A stretch of DNA of 64,000 nt, taken from Opitutales bacterium (GTDB lineage: Bacteria > Verrucomicrobiota > Verrucomicrobiia > Opitutales > JAVBMG01). The DNA is taken from assembly GCA_031552815.1 (NCBI GenBank), contig JAVBMG010000005.1, forward strand, positions 130,030-194,029. The letters run 5' to 3'. The notes under the pieces are model-generated. The model saw nothing but the letters and a program-made list of their open reading frames with translations, ran no database searches and had not been told where the DNA came from. Each line of letters opens with the position of its first letter. The first letter of the stretch is position 1. The position numbers were made by a program, and so were the translations under genes. Shown piece by piece: positions 19,946-30,716 of this stretch.

Positions 19946-21082
19946 ATGAGCAGTTTGGATAAAGTACTGGGCCGGTTGGATGATCTGGATTCGGTTAACC
20001 TCACGATTCTTGTGCAAAGGCTCGCCAGGGAGAGACGTTTGCTGGAGACGGTTTTCAATGCTGTTCACGAAGGTATCCTGGTGACAAACGCACTGGGGTA
20101 TATCGAATACTCAAACCAGGCTGCAAACAACATGATCGGACTGAAGTCAGGAAAATCATCGGCCAGCCTGTTCAAGTTGGTTCCCGGATTGAGACATTCC
20201 TTGCCGATATGGGGCGAAGAATCCAATGCTACCGCCGTTTCCAGGGAAATCGAACTGAATTATCCCGAACATCGCTTTGTCCGCTTGTACATGGTCCCTT
20301 TTACGGAAGACAACGAGCAACTTTTTGCGATCATTCTGACGGATGTTACCGCGGATAAGTTTTCGACGGCTGAACTGATAGAAAATGAAAAAACCTCGTC
20401 GATTGTTCTGCTTGCCGGCAGCGTAGCCCATGAAATCGGCAACCCGCTGAATTCCATTTCCATACAGTTGCAGTTGCTTCAGAGACAGGTCCAGAAATTA
20501 TCATTGGACGCAGAGGCCAGGAAAAAAATGGATCTGTCGCTTGCTATTTGCAGTGATGAAATTTCCCGGCTGGACGGAATCATTCAGAATTTCCTGAAGG
20601 CGATTCGCCCGAACGAACCCGATTTCAAGGAAACCGATCTGGTTCAGGTTCTGGAAGATGTCTTGCACATACAAAAACAGGAACTGGAAAACCTGAGCAT
20701 TTCCGTTAACGTGGAAGTGGTAAGCGAGATTCCGAAAATTGTGGGCGACCCGAACCAGTTAAAACAGGTTTTCTTCAATATCATCAAGAATGCGATGGAA
20801 GCCATGCGTGAAGGCGGTAGCATGAAAATCCAGTGTCACGCGGACGATCAGAACATCTACCTGCATTTTGCCGATAGCGGAAAAGGAATCAGCCAGGAGG
20901 ACGTGGCGCGTATATTTCAGCCGTATTTTACGACAAAAAATGACGGAAACGGATTGGGCATGCTGATTGTCCGGCGTATTCTCCGCGCCCATGGCGCCCA
21001 GATCAGCATAGGCAGTCAGAAAGATGTCGGCACTGTTGTATCGATCGAATTTCCGCTGCACCGCATACGCTTGTTGGAGTAG
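19946..21082 (+). CDS. Cytoplasmic PAS-domain sensor histidine kinase
   Basis: H-box [14 protein letters not shown]-box [10 protein letters not shown]1 DSGKGI, G2 GNGLGM. No transmembrane segment and no adjacent response regulator. Confidence 0.85.
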   Translation: MSSLDKVLGRLDDLDSVNLTILVQRLARERRLLETVFNAVHEGILVTNALGYIEYSNQAANNMIGLKSGKSSASLFKLVPGLRHSLPIWGEESNATAVSREIELNYPEHRFVRLYMVPFTEDNEQLFAIILTDVTADKFSTAELIENEKTSSIVLLAGSVAHEIGNPLNSISIQLQLLQRQVQKLSLDAEARKKMDLSLAICSDEISRLDGIIQNFLKAIRPNEPDFKETDLVQVLEDVLHIQKQELENLSISVNVEVVSEIPKIVGDPNQLKQVFFNIIKNAMEAMREGGSMKIQCHADDQNIYLHFADSGKGISQEDVARIFQPYFTTKNDGNGLGMLIVRRILRAHGAQISIGSQKDVGTVVSIEFPLHRIRLLE

Positions 21083-21085
21083 CGT

Positions 21086-21838
21086 TTACAGGAAACATTC
21101 GGTTGCGACAAATGCGTAGGGGAGACTGAACTTTCCGGATATTTCTTCGGCCAATGCCTGAACGCCAAAAACTTCGCTGGCATAATGCCCGCAAAGGTAA
21201 AGGTTCAGTCTGTTTTCCTGGGCGAAATTATAATAGCTTTGCTTTACTTCGCCCGTGATAAGGGTGTCGATTCCTTTGGCTATCAATTCCGGTAATGCAC
21301 TGGCACCGCTGCCTGAAAGAATGGCAATTGTTTGAGGATTTTCCGAGCCGAATTCCATCGCGCGGCAAGCGGGAAACAAAGTGTCGATTTTTTTCTTCAA
21401 CGCGGAGCGGTTTCCGGAAAAGGCGGTAGTAATGCCGCAGGCGGTTCTTTCAAACTCGGCAAATTGTCCGGTTACCTGAAGTCCGAGTTTTTTTGCAATG
21501 ATGGCATTGTTTCCGATTTCGGGGTGTGCGTCCAATGGCAGGTGCGCGCTGTAAACGGCAATATTTGCGTTCAGGAGCAATTTGTATTTTTCATAGACAT
21601 TTCCGGTTACGGTGCGTACTCCGTCCCAGAACATTCCATGATGGACAATCAGAAAATCAATGCCTTGCTCCTGCGCCATCCTGAACGGTAGCATGCCGGC
21701 ATCAACAGCGGCGCCGATCTTTGTGATCTTACCGTTATTTGCAAACTGAAGTCCGTTATAGGCTCCGGGAAAATCTTTTATTTCATTTTTGCGTACGCGT
21801 TGGTCGCAATACTGTGTGATTTCGGAAAGGCTTGCCAT
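21086..21838 (-). CDS. Nif3-like dinuclear metal centre protein (YbgI/GTP cyclohydrolase 1 type 2 homologue)
   Basis: DFLIVHHGMFW, YSAHLPLDAHPEIGNN and the C-terminal LYLCGHYASEVFGV motifs of the NIF3 family. Confidence 0.8.
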   Translation of the reverse strand: MASLSEITQYCDQRVRKNEIKDFPGAYNGLQFANNGKITKIGAAVDAGMLPFRMAQEQGIDFLIVHHGMFWDGVRTVTGNVYEKYKLLLNANIAVYSAHLPLDAHPEIGNNAIIAKKLGLQVTGQFAEFERTACGITTAFSGNRSALKKKIDTLFPACRAMEFGSENPQTIAILSGSGASALPELIAKGIDTLITGEVKQSYYNFAQENRLNLYLCGHYASEVFGVQALAEEISGKFSLPYAFVATECFL

Positions 21839-21986
21839 AATGCATTGAATTCAATGGGTTAAGATTACATTTGGCAAGTTCAGGTGATGCAAAAGGAGCT
21901 TGGGTTAATCGTGGAATCTATGGCATTGATCTGTTTTTCAGTTATCCAAATTTTTGAATTTGACATATTTATAGTATAGATTTCAA

Positions 21987-22811
21987 ATGATTCTAACCAT
22001 GAATAAAACAGAATCGAAATTATTGTCGATGAGAACAGTCTTTGCATTGTCTTCATTGCTTCTTGTTTCCAGTTCCCATGCGCAGAGCGTCAATTGGGAT
22101 TTTAACGATGCCACAACGCAAGGATGGACTTTGTCTTACCTTCGAACGAATGGGAGTACCTTTGGTGCTGCAAATCCCGTTGCGTATCCCTTAACGGCGG
22201 CAGGGCAGAATCTGACGATAGATGATGACGCTATCGTATCGCTCTATGCTGATCCGGGGGCGCTGTTTTTTACGATGCCTTCGACCAATCTTTCGCTTTA
22301 CGAAGGAGGAACACTGGGATTTGACATAAGAGCGGATGTCCCGGGTCTCATTGGCCTTGCTCTCTATACTTCAGATAATGATTTTGTTGTCATCAGCGGT
22401 TCTATCGGCGGTGTTGCTACAAAAGTGGCTGCGCCGATCACCTATAGTAAAGATGGAAACGCGCACAGGATTGAGGTCAATTTGACGACGGATAATTTCT
22501 ATACGAATTATCAGTATCAGGGAGGAATCCTTGCGCTGTTGTTTGACGGAAACGGAAGTACTTCGGGCTCATCACTGTCAGCTTCTGATTTCAGTGAATT
22601 ATTAAGTACGGCGACGGGTCTTTATGTGGGCACATATAATGCGGCATTGGGCGTCAATGTACTTGGTGTAGTAACACTTGATTCGGCCAGCATATCTTCC
22701 CTTGATAATATCACGTTGACTGCGCTCCCGGAACCATCCTCTTATGGAATAGTCGCGGGAACGATATTATTGGGAACGGTTGCTTTAAGGAGGAGAAAAA
22801 GCAAAAGATAG
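21987..22811 (+). CDS. Secreted PEP-CTERM sorting-domain protein
   Basis: N-terminal signal peptide (ALSSLLLVSSSHAQS) and the C-terminal PEP-CTERM anchor LPEPSSYGIVAGTILLGTVALRRRKSKR. The start may be an internal Met (MNKTES). Confidence 0.75.
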   Translation: MILTMNKTESKLLSMRTVFALSSLLLVSSSHAQSVNWDFNDATTQGWTLSYLRTNGSTFGAANPVAYPLTAAGQNLTIDDDAIVSLYADPGALFFTMPSTNLSLYEGGTLGFDIRADVPGLIGLALYTSDNDFVVISGSIGGVATKVAAPITYSKDGNAHRIEVNLTTDNFYTNYQYQGGILALLFDGNGSTSGSSLSASDFSELLSTATGLYVGTYNAALGVNVLGVVTLDSASISSLDNITLTALPEPSSYGIVAGTILLGTVALRRRKSKR

Positions 22812-22821
22812 TTTATTTTAC

Positions 22822-22847
22822 GGGCGGTAACATGCCGCCCTTTTTTT
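22822..22847 (+). terminator. Rho-independent terminator after the PEP-CTERM gene
   Basis: gggcgg (22822-22827) / ccgccc (22835-22840), T-run 22841-22847. It contains the motif variant CGGTAACAT (22825-22833). Confidence 0.8.
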
Positions 22848-22883
22848 ATTGTAAAAGCGCTTTGGGAGAATTGATTTCTCTGC

Positions 22884-23405
22884 ATGGCGATTTTAAAACA
22901 GGAGTGGTTTCGGCGGGACACGCCTACGGTGGCATTGGAATTACTGGGGAAAATGCTTGTCCGCCGCATGGAGGACGGTCATTTGATTAAAGGTATTATT
23001 TGCGAGACTGAAGCCTATGACGGGGTCAGTGACAAGGCATGCCATGCGAGCAAAGGAAAAACCGAGCGGACTTCGGTGATGTTTGGCGATGCGGGTGTCT
23101 GGTATGTGTATTTATGCTATGGTGTCCATTGGATGTTGAATGTGACGACGCGTGAGCCGGATTATCCGGCTGCCGTATTGATTCGGGGAGTGACTGTTGC
23201 AATCGGTCCCGGACGTGTGAGCAAATCCTTTGGCATTGATAAGCGATTGAATAAATGCAGAGCGGAAGAGTCTTCGGGATTGTGGATAGAAGATTCGGGA
23301 ATCATGTTTCCGAAAGAATCAATACAACGGGGTCCGCGAATTGGCGTCGATTATGCCGGCCCTATTTGGTCGGAGAAGGCCTGGCGGTTTTATGTGAGAA
23401 AATAA
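22884..23405 (+). CDS. mpg: DNA-3-methyladenine glycosylase II family (Mpg/AAG type)
   Basis: ALELLGKMLVRR, ICETEAYDG..DKACHASKGKTERTSVMFGDAGVWYVYLCYGVHWMLNV and AVLIRG motifs. Confidence 0.85.
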   Translation: MAILKQEWFRRDTPTVALELLGKMLVRRMEDGHLIKGIICETEAYDGVSDKACHASKGKTERTSVMFGDAGVWYVYLCYGVHWMLNVTTREPDYPAAVLIRGVTVAIGPGRVSKSFGIDKRLNKCRAEESSGLWIEDSGIMFPKESIQRGPRIGVDYAGPIWSEKAWRFYVRK

Positions 23406-23490
23406 ACGTTCATTTTGTCTTTACACCGCAGGGCACATATTCTAGTACTATAACCTTTATTTCGTATAATTAATCCTAACAAATATACAT

Positions 23491-23784
23491 ATGAAAAAGT
23501 TCATGATGATCTGTGTAGCCGCTCTCTCTATGTTCCTGGTAGCTTGTGGCGGAGGAAACAAAACAGCTGACGCTCAAATCAGCGCATATGAAGCTGCTAT
23601 CAAGAAGCTGGAAACAGCTAAGGCCAGCGACGTAGAAGCAATTAGCAATGAATTGGCTAAAGCAATGGCTGATTCTGCTGCTAATGCTGATACATCTGCC
23701 GTGACAGAAGCTCAAGCAAAGAAAATTAATGAGCTTGCCACGAAATATGCAGAGCTGATGCAGGCTGCAATGAGCAAACAATAA
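23491..23784 (+). CDS. Small Ala/Lys/Glu-rich lipoprotein, unknown function
   Basis: Lipobox MFLVAC-G after a hydrophobic signal; 97 aa, predicted helical. It is a paralogue of the next gene. Confidence 0.6.
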   Translation: MKKFMMICVAALSMFLVACGGGNKTADAQISAYEAAIKKLETAKASDVEAISNELAKAMADSAANADTSAVTEAQAKKINELATKYAELMQAAMSKQ

Positions 23785-23801
23785 TTTGCCTTTGGCATTT
23801 C

Positions 23802-23831
23802 AAAACCGCCGTTAATCCGGCGGTTTTTTTA
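23802..23831 (+). terminator. Rho-independent terminator
   Basis: accgccg (23805-23811) / cggcggt (23818-23824) followed by a T-run to 23831. Confidence 0.8.
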
Positions 23832-23900
23832 TTTTCTTTTCAGGACAAACAGGTAATTGTGTTTCCTGATTTAATCATTCCTCGGAGTAATACGTAACAT

Positions 23901-24275
23901 ATGAAAAAAAGTATAAGCATTATCCTTTCCCTTTTTGTTTTAATTTTTGTGACAGCTTGCGGAGACAGTAATAGCGATAAAGCTTCATCGACGACAGCGG
24001 ATTCTAAGGAGTCGGCGCCGTCACAACCGGTAGTATCGGCAAGCGCTGTCATGCAGGAGAAGATCGCAGCTATCGAAGCAGCTGCCAAACAGCTGGAAAG
24101 TGCCAATGCGGATGGAGCCCGTGAAATACAGAGAACGTTTACAGACAAAATGGCCGAATTGGACGAGCAACTGGAGAAAGCGGGAAAACAGGTTACCGAG
24201 GAAGAACAGGCAAAACTTTCGGAAGTGCTTACCAAATACCGGATTGCTTTGAAGGCGGCTTATTCGAGACGGTAA
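23901..24275 (+). CDS. Small Ala/Lys/Glu-rich lipoprotein, unknown function (paralogue of 23491..23784)
   Basis: Lipobox IFVTAC-G. It shares the pattern AAI..L(E)(S/T)A.A......(V/T)EE(E)QAK..E..TKY...(M/L)(K/Q)AA with the upstream gene. Confidence 0.6.
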   Translation: MKKSISIILSLFVLIFVTACGDSNSDKASSTTADSKESAPSQPVVSASAVMQEKIAAIEAAAKQLESANADGAREIQRTFTDKMAELDEQLEKAGKQVTEEEQAKLSEVLTKYRIALKAAYSRR

Positions 24276-24335
24276 TGAATCTCTGGACAAAAGGCCGTAT
24301 CCGTTCCATAATGATTTTTTGAACTTTAGACAATT

Positions 24336-25223
24336 ATGACAACAACAGATAAACCCTTGATCATGCTCGGACTTCCCAAGGGAAGCCTTGAGGATTCAAC
24401 CATTGCGCTCTTTGCCAAAGCAGGGTTCAATATTACAAAGAGTTCACGTTCCTATAAACCTGCAATTGATGACTCTGATCTGGATGGACGTTTTGTCCGT
24501 GCGCAGGAAATGAGCCGATATGTGGAACATGGTTTTTTTGACTGCGGATTAACGGGGTACGACTGGATTGTTGAGAACGGATCTGACGTTGTGGAAGTTT
24601 GCGATTTGGTTTACAGTCGCGCATCAACAACCCGTTCACGCTGGATTTTAGCTGTGCCGGAAGCAAGTTCGATCAGGACGGTTAAGGATTTGGAGGGGAA
24701 GCGGATTGCCACGGAGGTAGTCGGAATCACAAAAAACTTTTTGGCGGAAAACGGGGTTAAGGCGGAAGTGGAATTTTCATGGGGAGCAACCGAGGTGAAG
24801 GTTCCTGATCTGGTCGATGCCATTGTTGATCTCACAGAGACCGGCAGCTCGTTACGCGCAAACAAATTGCGTATTGTCGATACTTTGCTTTATACCAACA
24901 CAAAGTTCATTGCGAATAAGAATGCATGGGCTGATCCGAAGAAGCGGGCAAAAATCGAAACGATTGCCATGCTTTTGAGAGCCGCACTTGAAGCAGCAGC
25001 CAAGGTCGGATTGAAAATGAATGCTCCGAAAGCAAATCTGGATAGTATTCTGAAGGCGCTTCCGGCATTGCGTAATCCGACGGTGTCAACATTGACAAAC
25101 CCTGATTGGGTTGCGCTTGAAACGATTATTGATGAGAAGGTAGTGCGCGAAATCATTCCCCAATTGAAGGAACTCGGCGCGGAAGGTATCATTGAATATC
25201 CGTTGAATAAAGTCGTTTACTAA
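24336..25223 (+). CDS. hisG: ATP phosphoribosyltransferase (long form)
   Basis: [45 protein letters not shown] and [17 protein letters not shown] motifs. Confidence 0.9.
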   Translation: MTTTDKPLIMLGLPKGSLEDSTIALFAKAGFNITKSSRSYKPAIDDSDLDGRFVRAQEMSRYVEHGFFDCGLTGYDWIVENGSDVVEVCDLVYSRASTTRSRWILAVPEASSIRTVKDLEGKRIATEVVGITKNFLAENGVKAEVEFSWGATEVKVPDLVDAIVDLTETGSSLRANKLRIVDTLLYTNTKFIANKNAWADPKKRAKIETIAMLLRAALEAAAKVGLKMNAPKANLDSILKALPALRNPTVSTLTNPDWVALETIIDEKVVREIIPQLKELGAEGIIEYPLNKVVY

Positions 25224-25246
25224 ATTTCCTCAGAGAAATAAATAAT

Positions 25247-25280
25247 AAGCTACCATGGAAGCCATGGTAGCTTTATTTTT
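25247..25280. terminator. Bidirectional terminator between convergent hisG and clpB
   Basis: 12-bp perfect stem aagctaccatgg (25247-25258) / ccatggtagctt (25262-25273), A/T runs on both sides. The arms contain the GGTAGC core of the recurrent motif. Confidence 0.8.
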
Positions 25281-25334
25281 ACCATAAAGAACATAAAACC
25301 GATTTACTGCCGCCATTATGCGCGGTGAAGGATT

Positions 25335-27977
25335 CTATTTTTTCTCGTCCGTTTTAGGTTTTGCTTTCTTTTCGGATGAAACGATTTTGTAGGAAAGTTG
25401 ATTGTCCTTTGCCGAGAAGAGAATCTTGTTTCCTGATTCCAGTCCTTCCGCGATGAGTATTTTTGCAATCTGTGTTTCTATGTTTTTCTGCAGGAAGCGG
25501 CGAAGCGGCCGCGCGCCGTAAACAGGGTCGTAACCTTGGGTGGCTACCCAATCGTGGGCATTATCATCAAGTTCGACCGTAATATCACGGTCTGCCAGAC
25601 GTTTATTTATCTGGGCGAGAAGCAGATCGGTGATTTTCCTGATTTCACCTAATCCGAGCGGTTTGAACAGAATGATATCATCAATGCGGTTCAGGAATTC
25701 AGGACGGAAACCTGAACGCAATTCCATCATAATGGTTTCGCGTATCTGTTCCGTTATGCCGCTGGTCAAGTCAAGCAGGTGACGGCTGCCGATATTTGAC
25801 GTCATGATGATGACTGTATTCTTGAAATCAACGGTGCGGCCTTGGGAGTCGGTGATTCTACCGTCATCAAGGACTTGCAGAAGCGTGTTGAAAACATCCG
25901 GATGGGCCTTTTCGATTTCGTCAAAGAGGACGACAGAATACGGTTTCCTGCGGACGGCTTCTGTCAGTTGCCCGCCTTCCTCGAATCCGATGTAACCCGG
26001 AGGAGCCCCGATCAATCGGGCGACACTGTGTTTTTCCATATACTCGGACATATCAAGCCGAACCATGTTTTGCTCGCTGTCAAACAGTGTTTCGCTGAGC
26101 GCTTTTGCCAATTCTGTTTTCCCGACGCCGGTAGGACCAAGGAAAAGAAAAGAACCTATCGGACGGTTGGGATCTTTTATGCCCGAGCGTGCGCGTAAAA
26201 TGGCTTCGCTGATTAATGTCACCGCTTCATCCTGTCCGATGACGCGTTTGTGCAGTTCATCATCAAGATGAAGCAGTTTCTCGCGTTCGCTCTCCATAAG
26301 GCGTGTTACCGGAATGCCGGACCAACGGCTTACCACATCGGCGATCTCTTCGGCAGAGACTTCTTCCTTTAGCAGTCGATTATCAGCAGCGGATTTCTTT
26401 TTTTCCTGCGATTCGAGATCGGAGAGTTCTTTCTCCAGTTGCGGTAGCTTGCCATGGCGTAATTCAGCCAGTTTGTTTAAATCATAGCGTCGTTCGGCGG
26501 ATTGCATCTCGAGTTTTACGCGGTCAATTTCCTCACGTACTTTGCGGATACGTTCAATGTCTGCTTTTTCGCTTTCCCATTGCCGGCGGAGAACAGCGGC
26601 TTTTTCGCGGGTGTTGGCAAGTTCGCCTGCCAGTTGGGTCATACGTTTTTTGCTGGCTTCATCCTTTTCCTGTTTAAGCGCGGCTTCCTCGATCTCAAGT
26701 TGCATGACGCGGCGGTTGAGCGAATCCAGTTCGGTTGGCATGGAATCCATTTCGGTACGGATCATTGCACAGGCTTCGTCAACGAGGTCTATGGCTTTAT
26801 CCGGAAGGAAACGGTCGGAGATGTAACGGTTTGACAAGACGGCAGCATTGACCAATGCGTTATCCTGGATATGCACGCCGTGATGCAGTTCAAAACGTTC
26901 TTTTAATCCGCGAAGAATGGAAATGGTATCTTCAACATTGGGTTGATCGACGAGCACCGTTTGGAACCGGCGTTCCAGAGCGGCATCTTTCTCAATGTAT
27001 TTTCTGTATTCATCAAGTGTTGTCGCGCCGATACAACGCAGTTCGCCGCGGGCAAGAAGCGGTTTGAGCATGTTACCGGCATCCATGGCCCCCTCGGATT
27101 TTCCTGCGCCGACAATCGTGTGTAGTTCGTCGATGAAAAGGATGATTTTGCCTTGGCTGTTTTTGACTTCGTTCAAAACCGCCTTAAGGCGTTCTTCAAA
27201 TTCGCCACGGTATTTAGCGCCTGCGACGAGCGATCCCATATCGAGGGCAAAAACGGTTTTTTCCTTAAGGTTCTCCGGCACGTCACCGCGGACAATGCGT
27301 TGGGCGAGCCCTTCGACAATGGCTGTTTTGCCGACGCCGGGTTCTCCGATAAGTACGGGATTATTTTTTGTTTTTCTTGAAAGGATGCGGATAACGCGCC
27401 GGATTTCGTCGTCACGTCCGATGACCGGATCGAGCTTTCCTGTGCGGGCAAGTGTTACCAGGTCTGTACCGTACTTTTCGAGGGCCTGATAGGTCGTTTC
27501 CGGAGACTGTGATGTGACCCGTTGATTTCCCCGTATTTTCTTCAGGACGGCCATCACGTTTTTTTCGTTGATGGAGAAAGCTGTCAGAAATTTTTTTATC
27601 GCTGGATTTTTTGAGCGGGTTATCGCAATGAAAATATGCTCAACGCTTAGAAAGTCATCCTGGAAATCCTTCTGTACTTTCTCTGCTTCCGTCAGAGCTT
27701 CCTGGAATTCTGCGGTAGCATAAAGGTGTGCCATGTCAACGTATCCCGATACCCGTGGCAGGTTTTCCAGTTCACGGTGTATATGAACGGAAACGGCATC
27801 AAGCGGTATTTTAAGTTCGCTTAAAATAGCGGAGATGGTTCCATGCTCCTGGGCTGTCAGGGCGGCGAGCAAATGCCAGACATCAATCTGTTGGTTATTT
27901 GCATTGCGGGCGAGGTTCTGGGCTTCAACGATAGCCAAAGCCGTTTTCTCTGTAAGTTTGTTTGGATCTAAGTTCAT
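25335..27977 (-). CDS. clpB: ATP-dependent chaperone ClpB
   Basis: 880 aa with two AAA+ modules ([15 protein letters not shown]; [14 protein letters not shown]) and a long coiled-coil middle domain. Confidence 0.97.
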   Translation of the reverse strand: MNLDPNKLTEKTALAIVEAQNLARNANNQQIDVWHLLAALTAQEHGTISAILSELKIPLDAVSVHIHRELENLPRVSGYVDMAHLYATAEFQEALTEAEKVQKDFQDDFLSVEHIFIAITRSKNPAIKKFLTAFSINEKNVMAVLKKIRGNQRVTSQSPETTYQALEKYGTDLVTLARTGKLDPVIGRDDEIRRVIRILSRKTKNNPVLIGEPGVGKTAIVEGLAQRIVRGDVPENLKEKTVFALDMGSLVAGAKYRGEFEERLKAVLNEVKNSQGKIILFIDELHTIVGAGKSEGAMDAGNMLKPLLARGELRCIGATTLDEYRKYIEKDAALERRFQTVLVDQPNVEDTISILRGLKERFELHHGVHIQDNALVNAAVLSNRYISDRFLPDKAIDLVDEACAMIRTEMDSMPTELDSLNRRVMQLEIEEAALKQEKDEASKKRMTQLAGELANTREKAAVLRRQWESEKADIERIRKVREEIDRVKLEMQSAERRYDLNKLAELRHGKLPQLEKELSDLESQEKKKSAADNRLLKEEVSAEEIADVVSRWSGIPVTRLMESEREKLLHLDDELHKRVIGQDEAVTLISEAILRARSGIKDPNRPIGSFLFLGPTGVGKTELAKALSETLFDSEQNMVRLDMSEYMEKHSVARLIGAPPGYIGFEEGGQLTEAVRRKPYSVVLFDEIEKAHPDVFNTLLQVLDDGRITDSQGRTVDFKNTVIIMTSNIGSRHLLDLTSGITEQIRETIMMELRSGFRPEFLNRIDDIILFKPLGLGEIRKITDLLLAQINKRLADRDITVELDDNAHDWVATQGYDPVYGARPLRRFLQKNIETQIAKILIAEGLESGNKILFSAKDNQLSYKIVSSEKKAKPKTDEKK

Positions 27978-28103
27978 GATACAATAAGAATAAGCATTAA
28001 GAGTGCCAATGCGGAATCTGGCGGTAACATAGGATAAAATCTATCAGTGACATTCGATAGTTTCAAACAACAGCACGAAAAAGAGCGCAAATTAGTTACA
28101 AAA

Positions 28104-28120
28104 AGAGACATATTGTCTCT
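28104..28120 (-). terminator. Possible weak terminator hairpin downstream of the DMT gene
   Basis: agagaca/tgtctct stem with a 3-nt loop. On the minus strand a T-rich tail (tttttg) follows. Confidence 0.4.
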
Positions 28121-28166
28121 ATTGGCTATTTGTTCATATTTGCTATAAACTTTTACAGAATTGAAC

Positions 28167-29096
28167 TTATCTTTCCTGCCTGGAGATCGTGATTGAGAGG
28201 ATAATCAGTATGGCTCCGAAAAATACAAGGCCTTCTGGGCGTTCTCCGAGCCAGAGCATTGCTCCGGTTAACCCGAAAATCGGCGTTACTGTGAGCCAAA
28301 GGGAAGCTTTTCCTATGCTGAGATAACGAAGGCTGTAAAGATAGAGCCAAAAGGAAATGGCATATTGAACAATTCCCGAGATGGCTGCGTAGATGAAAAT
28401 CTGCCAGGTGAGCGGATTAGCAGTTTTTGGCTCAAATCCGAATAAACTCGCAAGGAGGAATACGATGATGGCAAAAATCAATCCTACCGTTTGCTGGCCT
28501 GTTGCCAGCGTTGCCGCTGTATAATCTTTGGTAAATCTGGAGGAGACAATGGTGTAGCCGGAGGCCAATATGGTGGATAAGAGGATAAGCCCGTCCCCCA
28601 GCATATTCATTTGCCTGATGTGTGCAATATCGTTCCATGAGACGAGGATCAGGCCGATGAATGCTACCGTTATACAGGTAAACAGTTTGCGTGAAGGTCT
28701 GTTGCCGAAACAGATCCAGGCAAGCAGTACCGTTATGATTGGTTCTGTAGCGCCGATAATGGATGCGTTGCCTGCGGTCGTGAGTCCAAGTCCTATCAGG
28801 CCGACAACATAAGTAAAACCCGGTTCCAGTAAACCGGAAAGCGAGATAACACAGAATCTGCCGTCAAACTTCTTCCAGGGTGAGTCGCGCAAAGAGAGCA
28901 GCAACAGAAAGAACAGGCTTGCTGTCAATTGGATGACAAGTAGGCCGGGTGGTGAGAGCGTGTCGAGAAGGTCCCGGCTCATGACCGTTCCCAGTCCCCA
29001 GCATGCGGCGGAGATAATAATCGCAATGGATGCAATTATCCGGTGACGGCGTTTGGTTTCTTTGGCCTTTGCTACTGAGACAGGACGGATTCTCAT
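28167..29096 (-). CDS. DMT superfamily (EamA-like) transporter
   Basis: About 10 predicted helices arranged as two EamA-like halves. Confidence 0.7.
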   Translation of the reverse strand: MRIRPVSVAKAKETKRRHRIIASIAIIISAACWGLGTVMSRDLLDTLSPPGLLVIQLTASLFFLLLLSLRDSPWKKFDGRFCVISLSGLLEPGFTYVVGLIGLGLTTAGNASIIGATEPIITVLLAWICFGNRPSRKLFTCITVAFIGLILVSWNDIAHIRQMNMLGDGLILLSTILASGYTIVSSRFTKDYTAATLATGQQTVGLIFAIIVFLLASLFGFEPKTANPLTWQIFIYAAISGIVQYAISFWLYLYSLRYLSIGKASLWLTVTPIFGLTGAMLWLGERPEGLVFFGAILIILSITISRQER

Positions 29097-29162
29097 GGAG
29101 GATATACTGATAATGAACGATGTTACCGTCTTTGCACGCCATTTTATCAGGTAAAATAACTT

Positions 29163-29372
29163 ATGTTTTTGAAGGATTCTGTTTCACTTTTAAACGTCTT
29201 TTTGATTTCCTTTCTTTGTCAAAGGCTCATGGATTCAGAAAACAAACCCAAAGATGATGAAGAACGCTTGAAGGTGAAAGCCCGCAGGGCGGAAATGATC
29301 CTGTACATGGCAATGGTCATTTTCATTTTGCTGCCTTTTCTGTTTCTGATTGTCAGAAAACTGCTCAAGTGA
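29163..29372 (+). CDS. Possible small tail-anchored membrane protein (hypothetical)
   Basis: The ORF has a charged segment (ENKPKDDEERLKVKARRAE) followed by one hydrophobic helix. No homology was recognised, and the true start may be the internal Met (MDSEN). Confidence 0.25.
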   Translation: MFLKDSVSLLNVFLISFLCQRLMDSENKPKDDEERLKVKARRAEMILYMAMVIFILLPFLFLIVRKLLK

Positions 29373-29414
29373 TGAAACTATTAGGCGTATTCACCGTTAA
29401 AAAACATATACCCA

Positions 29415-30686
29415 ATGAAATCCGAGAATCAGTCCTTTTTTTCAGAAAGGCAGCGTAAACTTGTTGCTGCAGGATTGGTGGCAGGAGCATTGTTCGTCTT
29501 TGTATTTGTCTGCATTTATGCAGCAAAGGGTCTCGGATGGTTTTTGAATACATTCAGCGGTGTCATCTGGCCGCTTGCTTTGGCGGGAATACTGGCGGGA
29601 ATACTGGGTCCTCTGGTTAATTTTCTGCAAAAAAAGGCAAAGTTCCCGAGAGCGCTGGCAATCGTTACCATCTTCATTTTGTTTTTTGGAGCCGTTGGGA
29701 TGGCATTGTTTTTTCTTATTCCAACATTGATTAACGAAGCAACTGACTTTTTCCGTAATTTGCCCGGTTTCTTCAATCAGTTGCAGGTCTATATCAAGGA
29801 ACAATGGCCCGTCGTCACACAGAAAATCGGATTCCTTGAAATGCTGAGGAGCGGGACAGGGGTGAAACTGGAACTGTCGCCGGAGGAAATGCAGGCATAC
29901 CAGCAGACATTGGGCGAAGAACAGATGTCGCAGATATTCAACAAGGTAAAAGACTACCTGATTTCTTTACCCTTGGATACAAGGTCGATAATCGAAAGCG
30001 TAAAAGGGTTTCTGATGGGAACCGGGAGCGCATTGTTGCATACCATACTGGTATTTATTTATTTGTTTTTCTTTTTGTTTCTGACGCCGAATGTGGCGAA
30101 CATGGTGCGTGATGACATGACTTATGTGTCGGAAAGCATCCGCGAGGATATCCATTTTGTGATTGAGCAATTCATGGCCATCATACTTGCCTTTTTCCGA
30201 GGTCAGTTGATTATCTGCCTTTTGTCCGGCATTCTCATGGCTATCGGTTTCAGTATCGTGGGCGTAAAATACTCGCTTATTCTCGGTATTGTTTTCGGGA
30301 TGCTGAATATCGTTCCTTGCCTTGGTTATATCGTGGGCGCATTGAGCGTTTTCATCCTGGGATTCTTCCAGCCGGACGGTAGCTTGCATATCGCATTGCT
30401 TGGTCTGTTGACAATAGGCGTTACCTTGGCAATCGACAGCAAGGGAATGACTCCTGTCATTATTGGCCGTTCTGTCGGTCTGCACCCGCTCATTATCATT
30501 ATTTCGATCTTTTTCTGGAGTACGGTTATCAACGGTGTTTTCGGATTGCTCGTTGCTGTCCCGTTAACCGCAACGATCGTGGTTATCTGGCGTGTTCTCA
30601 AACTGCACTATTTTCCGAGGTATTCGGTAGCTCCAAAGCCAATCCCGCATTCTGAGAAGGAAACATCGGAATCGGCTGCCAATTAA
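29415..30686 (+). CDS. AI-2E family transporter (PerM/UPF0118)
   Basis: Polytopic protein with a large central soluble loop and the conserved C-terminal half (GMLNIVPCLGYIVG...PLIIIISIFFW) typical of the family. Confidence 0.7.
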   Translation: MKSENQSFFSERQRKLVAAGLVAGALFVFVFVCIYAAKGLGWFLNTFSGVIWPLALAGILAGILGPLVNFLQKKAKFPRALAIVTIFILFFGAVGMALFFLIPTLINEATDFFRNLPGFFNQLQVYIKEQWPVVTQKIGFLEMLRSGTGVKLELSPEEMQAYQQTLGEEQMSQIFNKVKDYLISLPLDTRSIIESVKGFLMGTGSALLHTILVFIYLFFFLFLTPNVANMVRDDMTYVSESIREDIHFVIEQFMAIILAFFRGQLIICLLSGILMAIGFSIVGVKYSLILGIVFGMLNIVPCLGYIVGALSVFILGFFQPDGSLHIALLGLLTIGVTLAIDSKGMTPVIIGRSVGLHPLIIIISIFFWSTVINGVFGLLVAVPLTATIVVIWRVLKLHYFPRYSVAPKPIPHSEKETSESAAN

Positions 30687-30716
30687 AATAAAAACTACTC
30701 AAACCCAATAAGATAT

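Noticed and set aside
28000-28025. A possible CIRCE/HrcA operator upstream of clpB (sequence gagtgcca)
   Set aside because: Only one imperfect half-site (ttggcactc on the minus strand) is present, and there is no inverted partner at 9-bp spacing.
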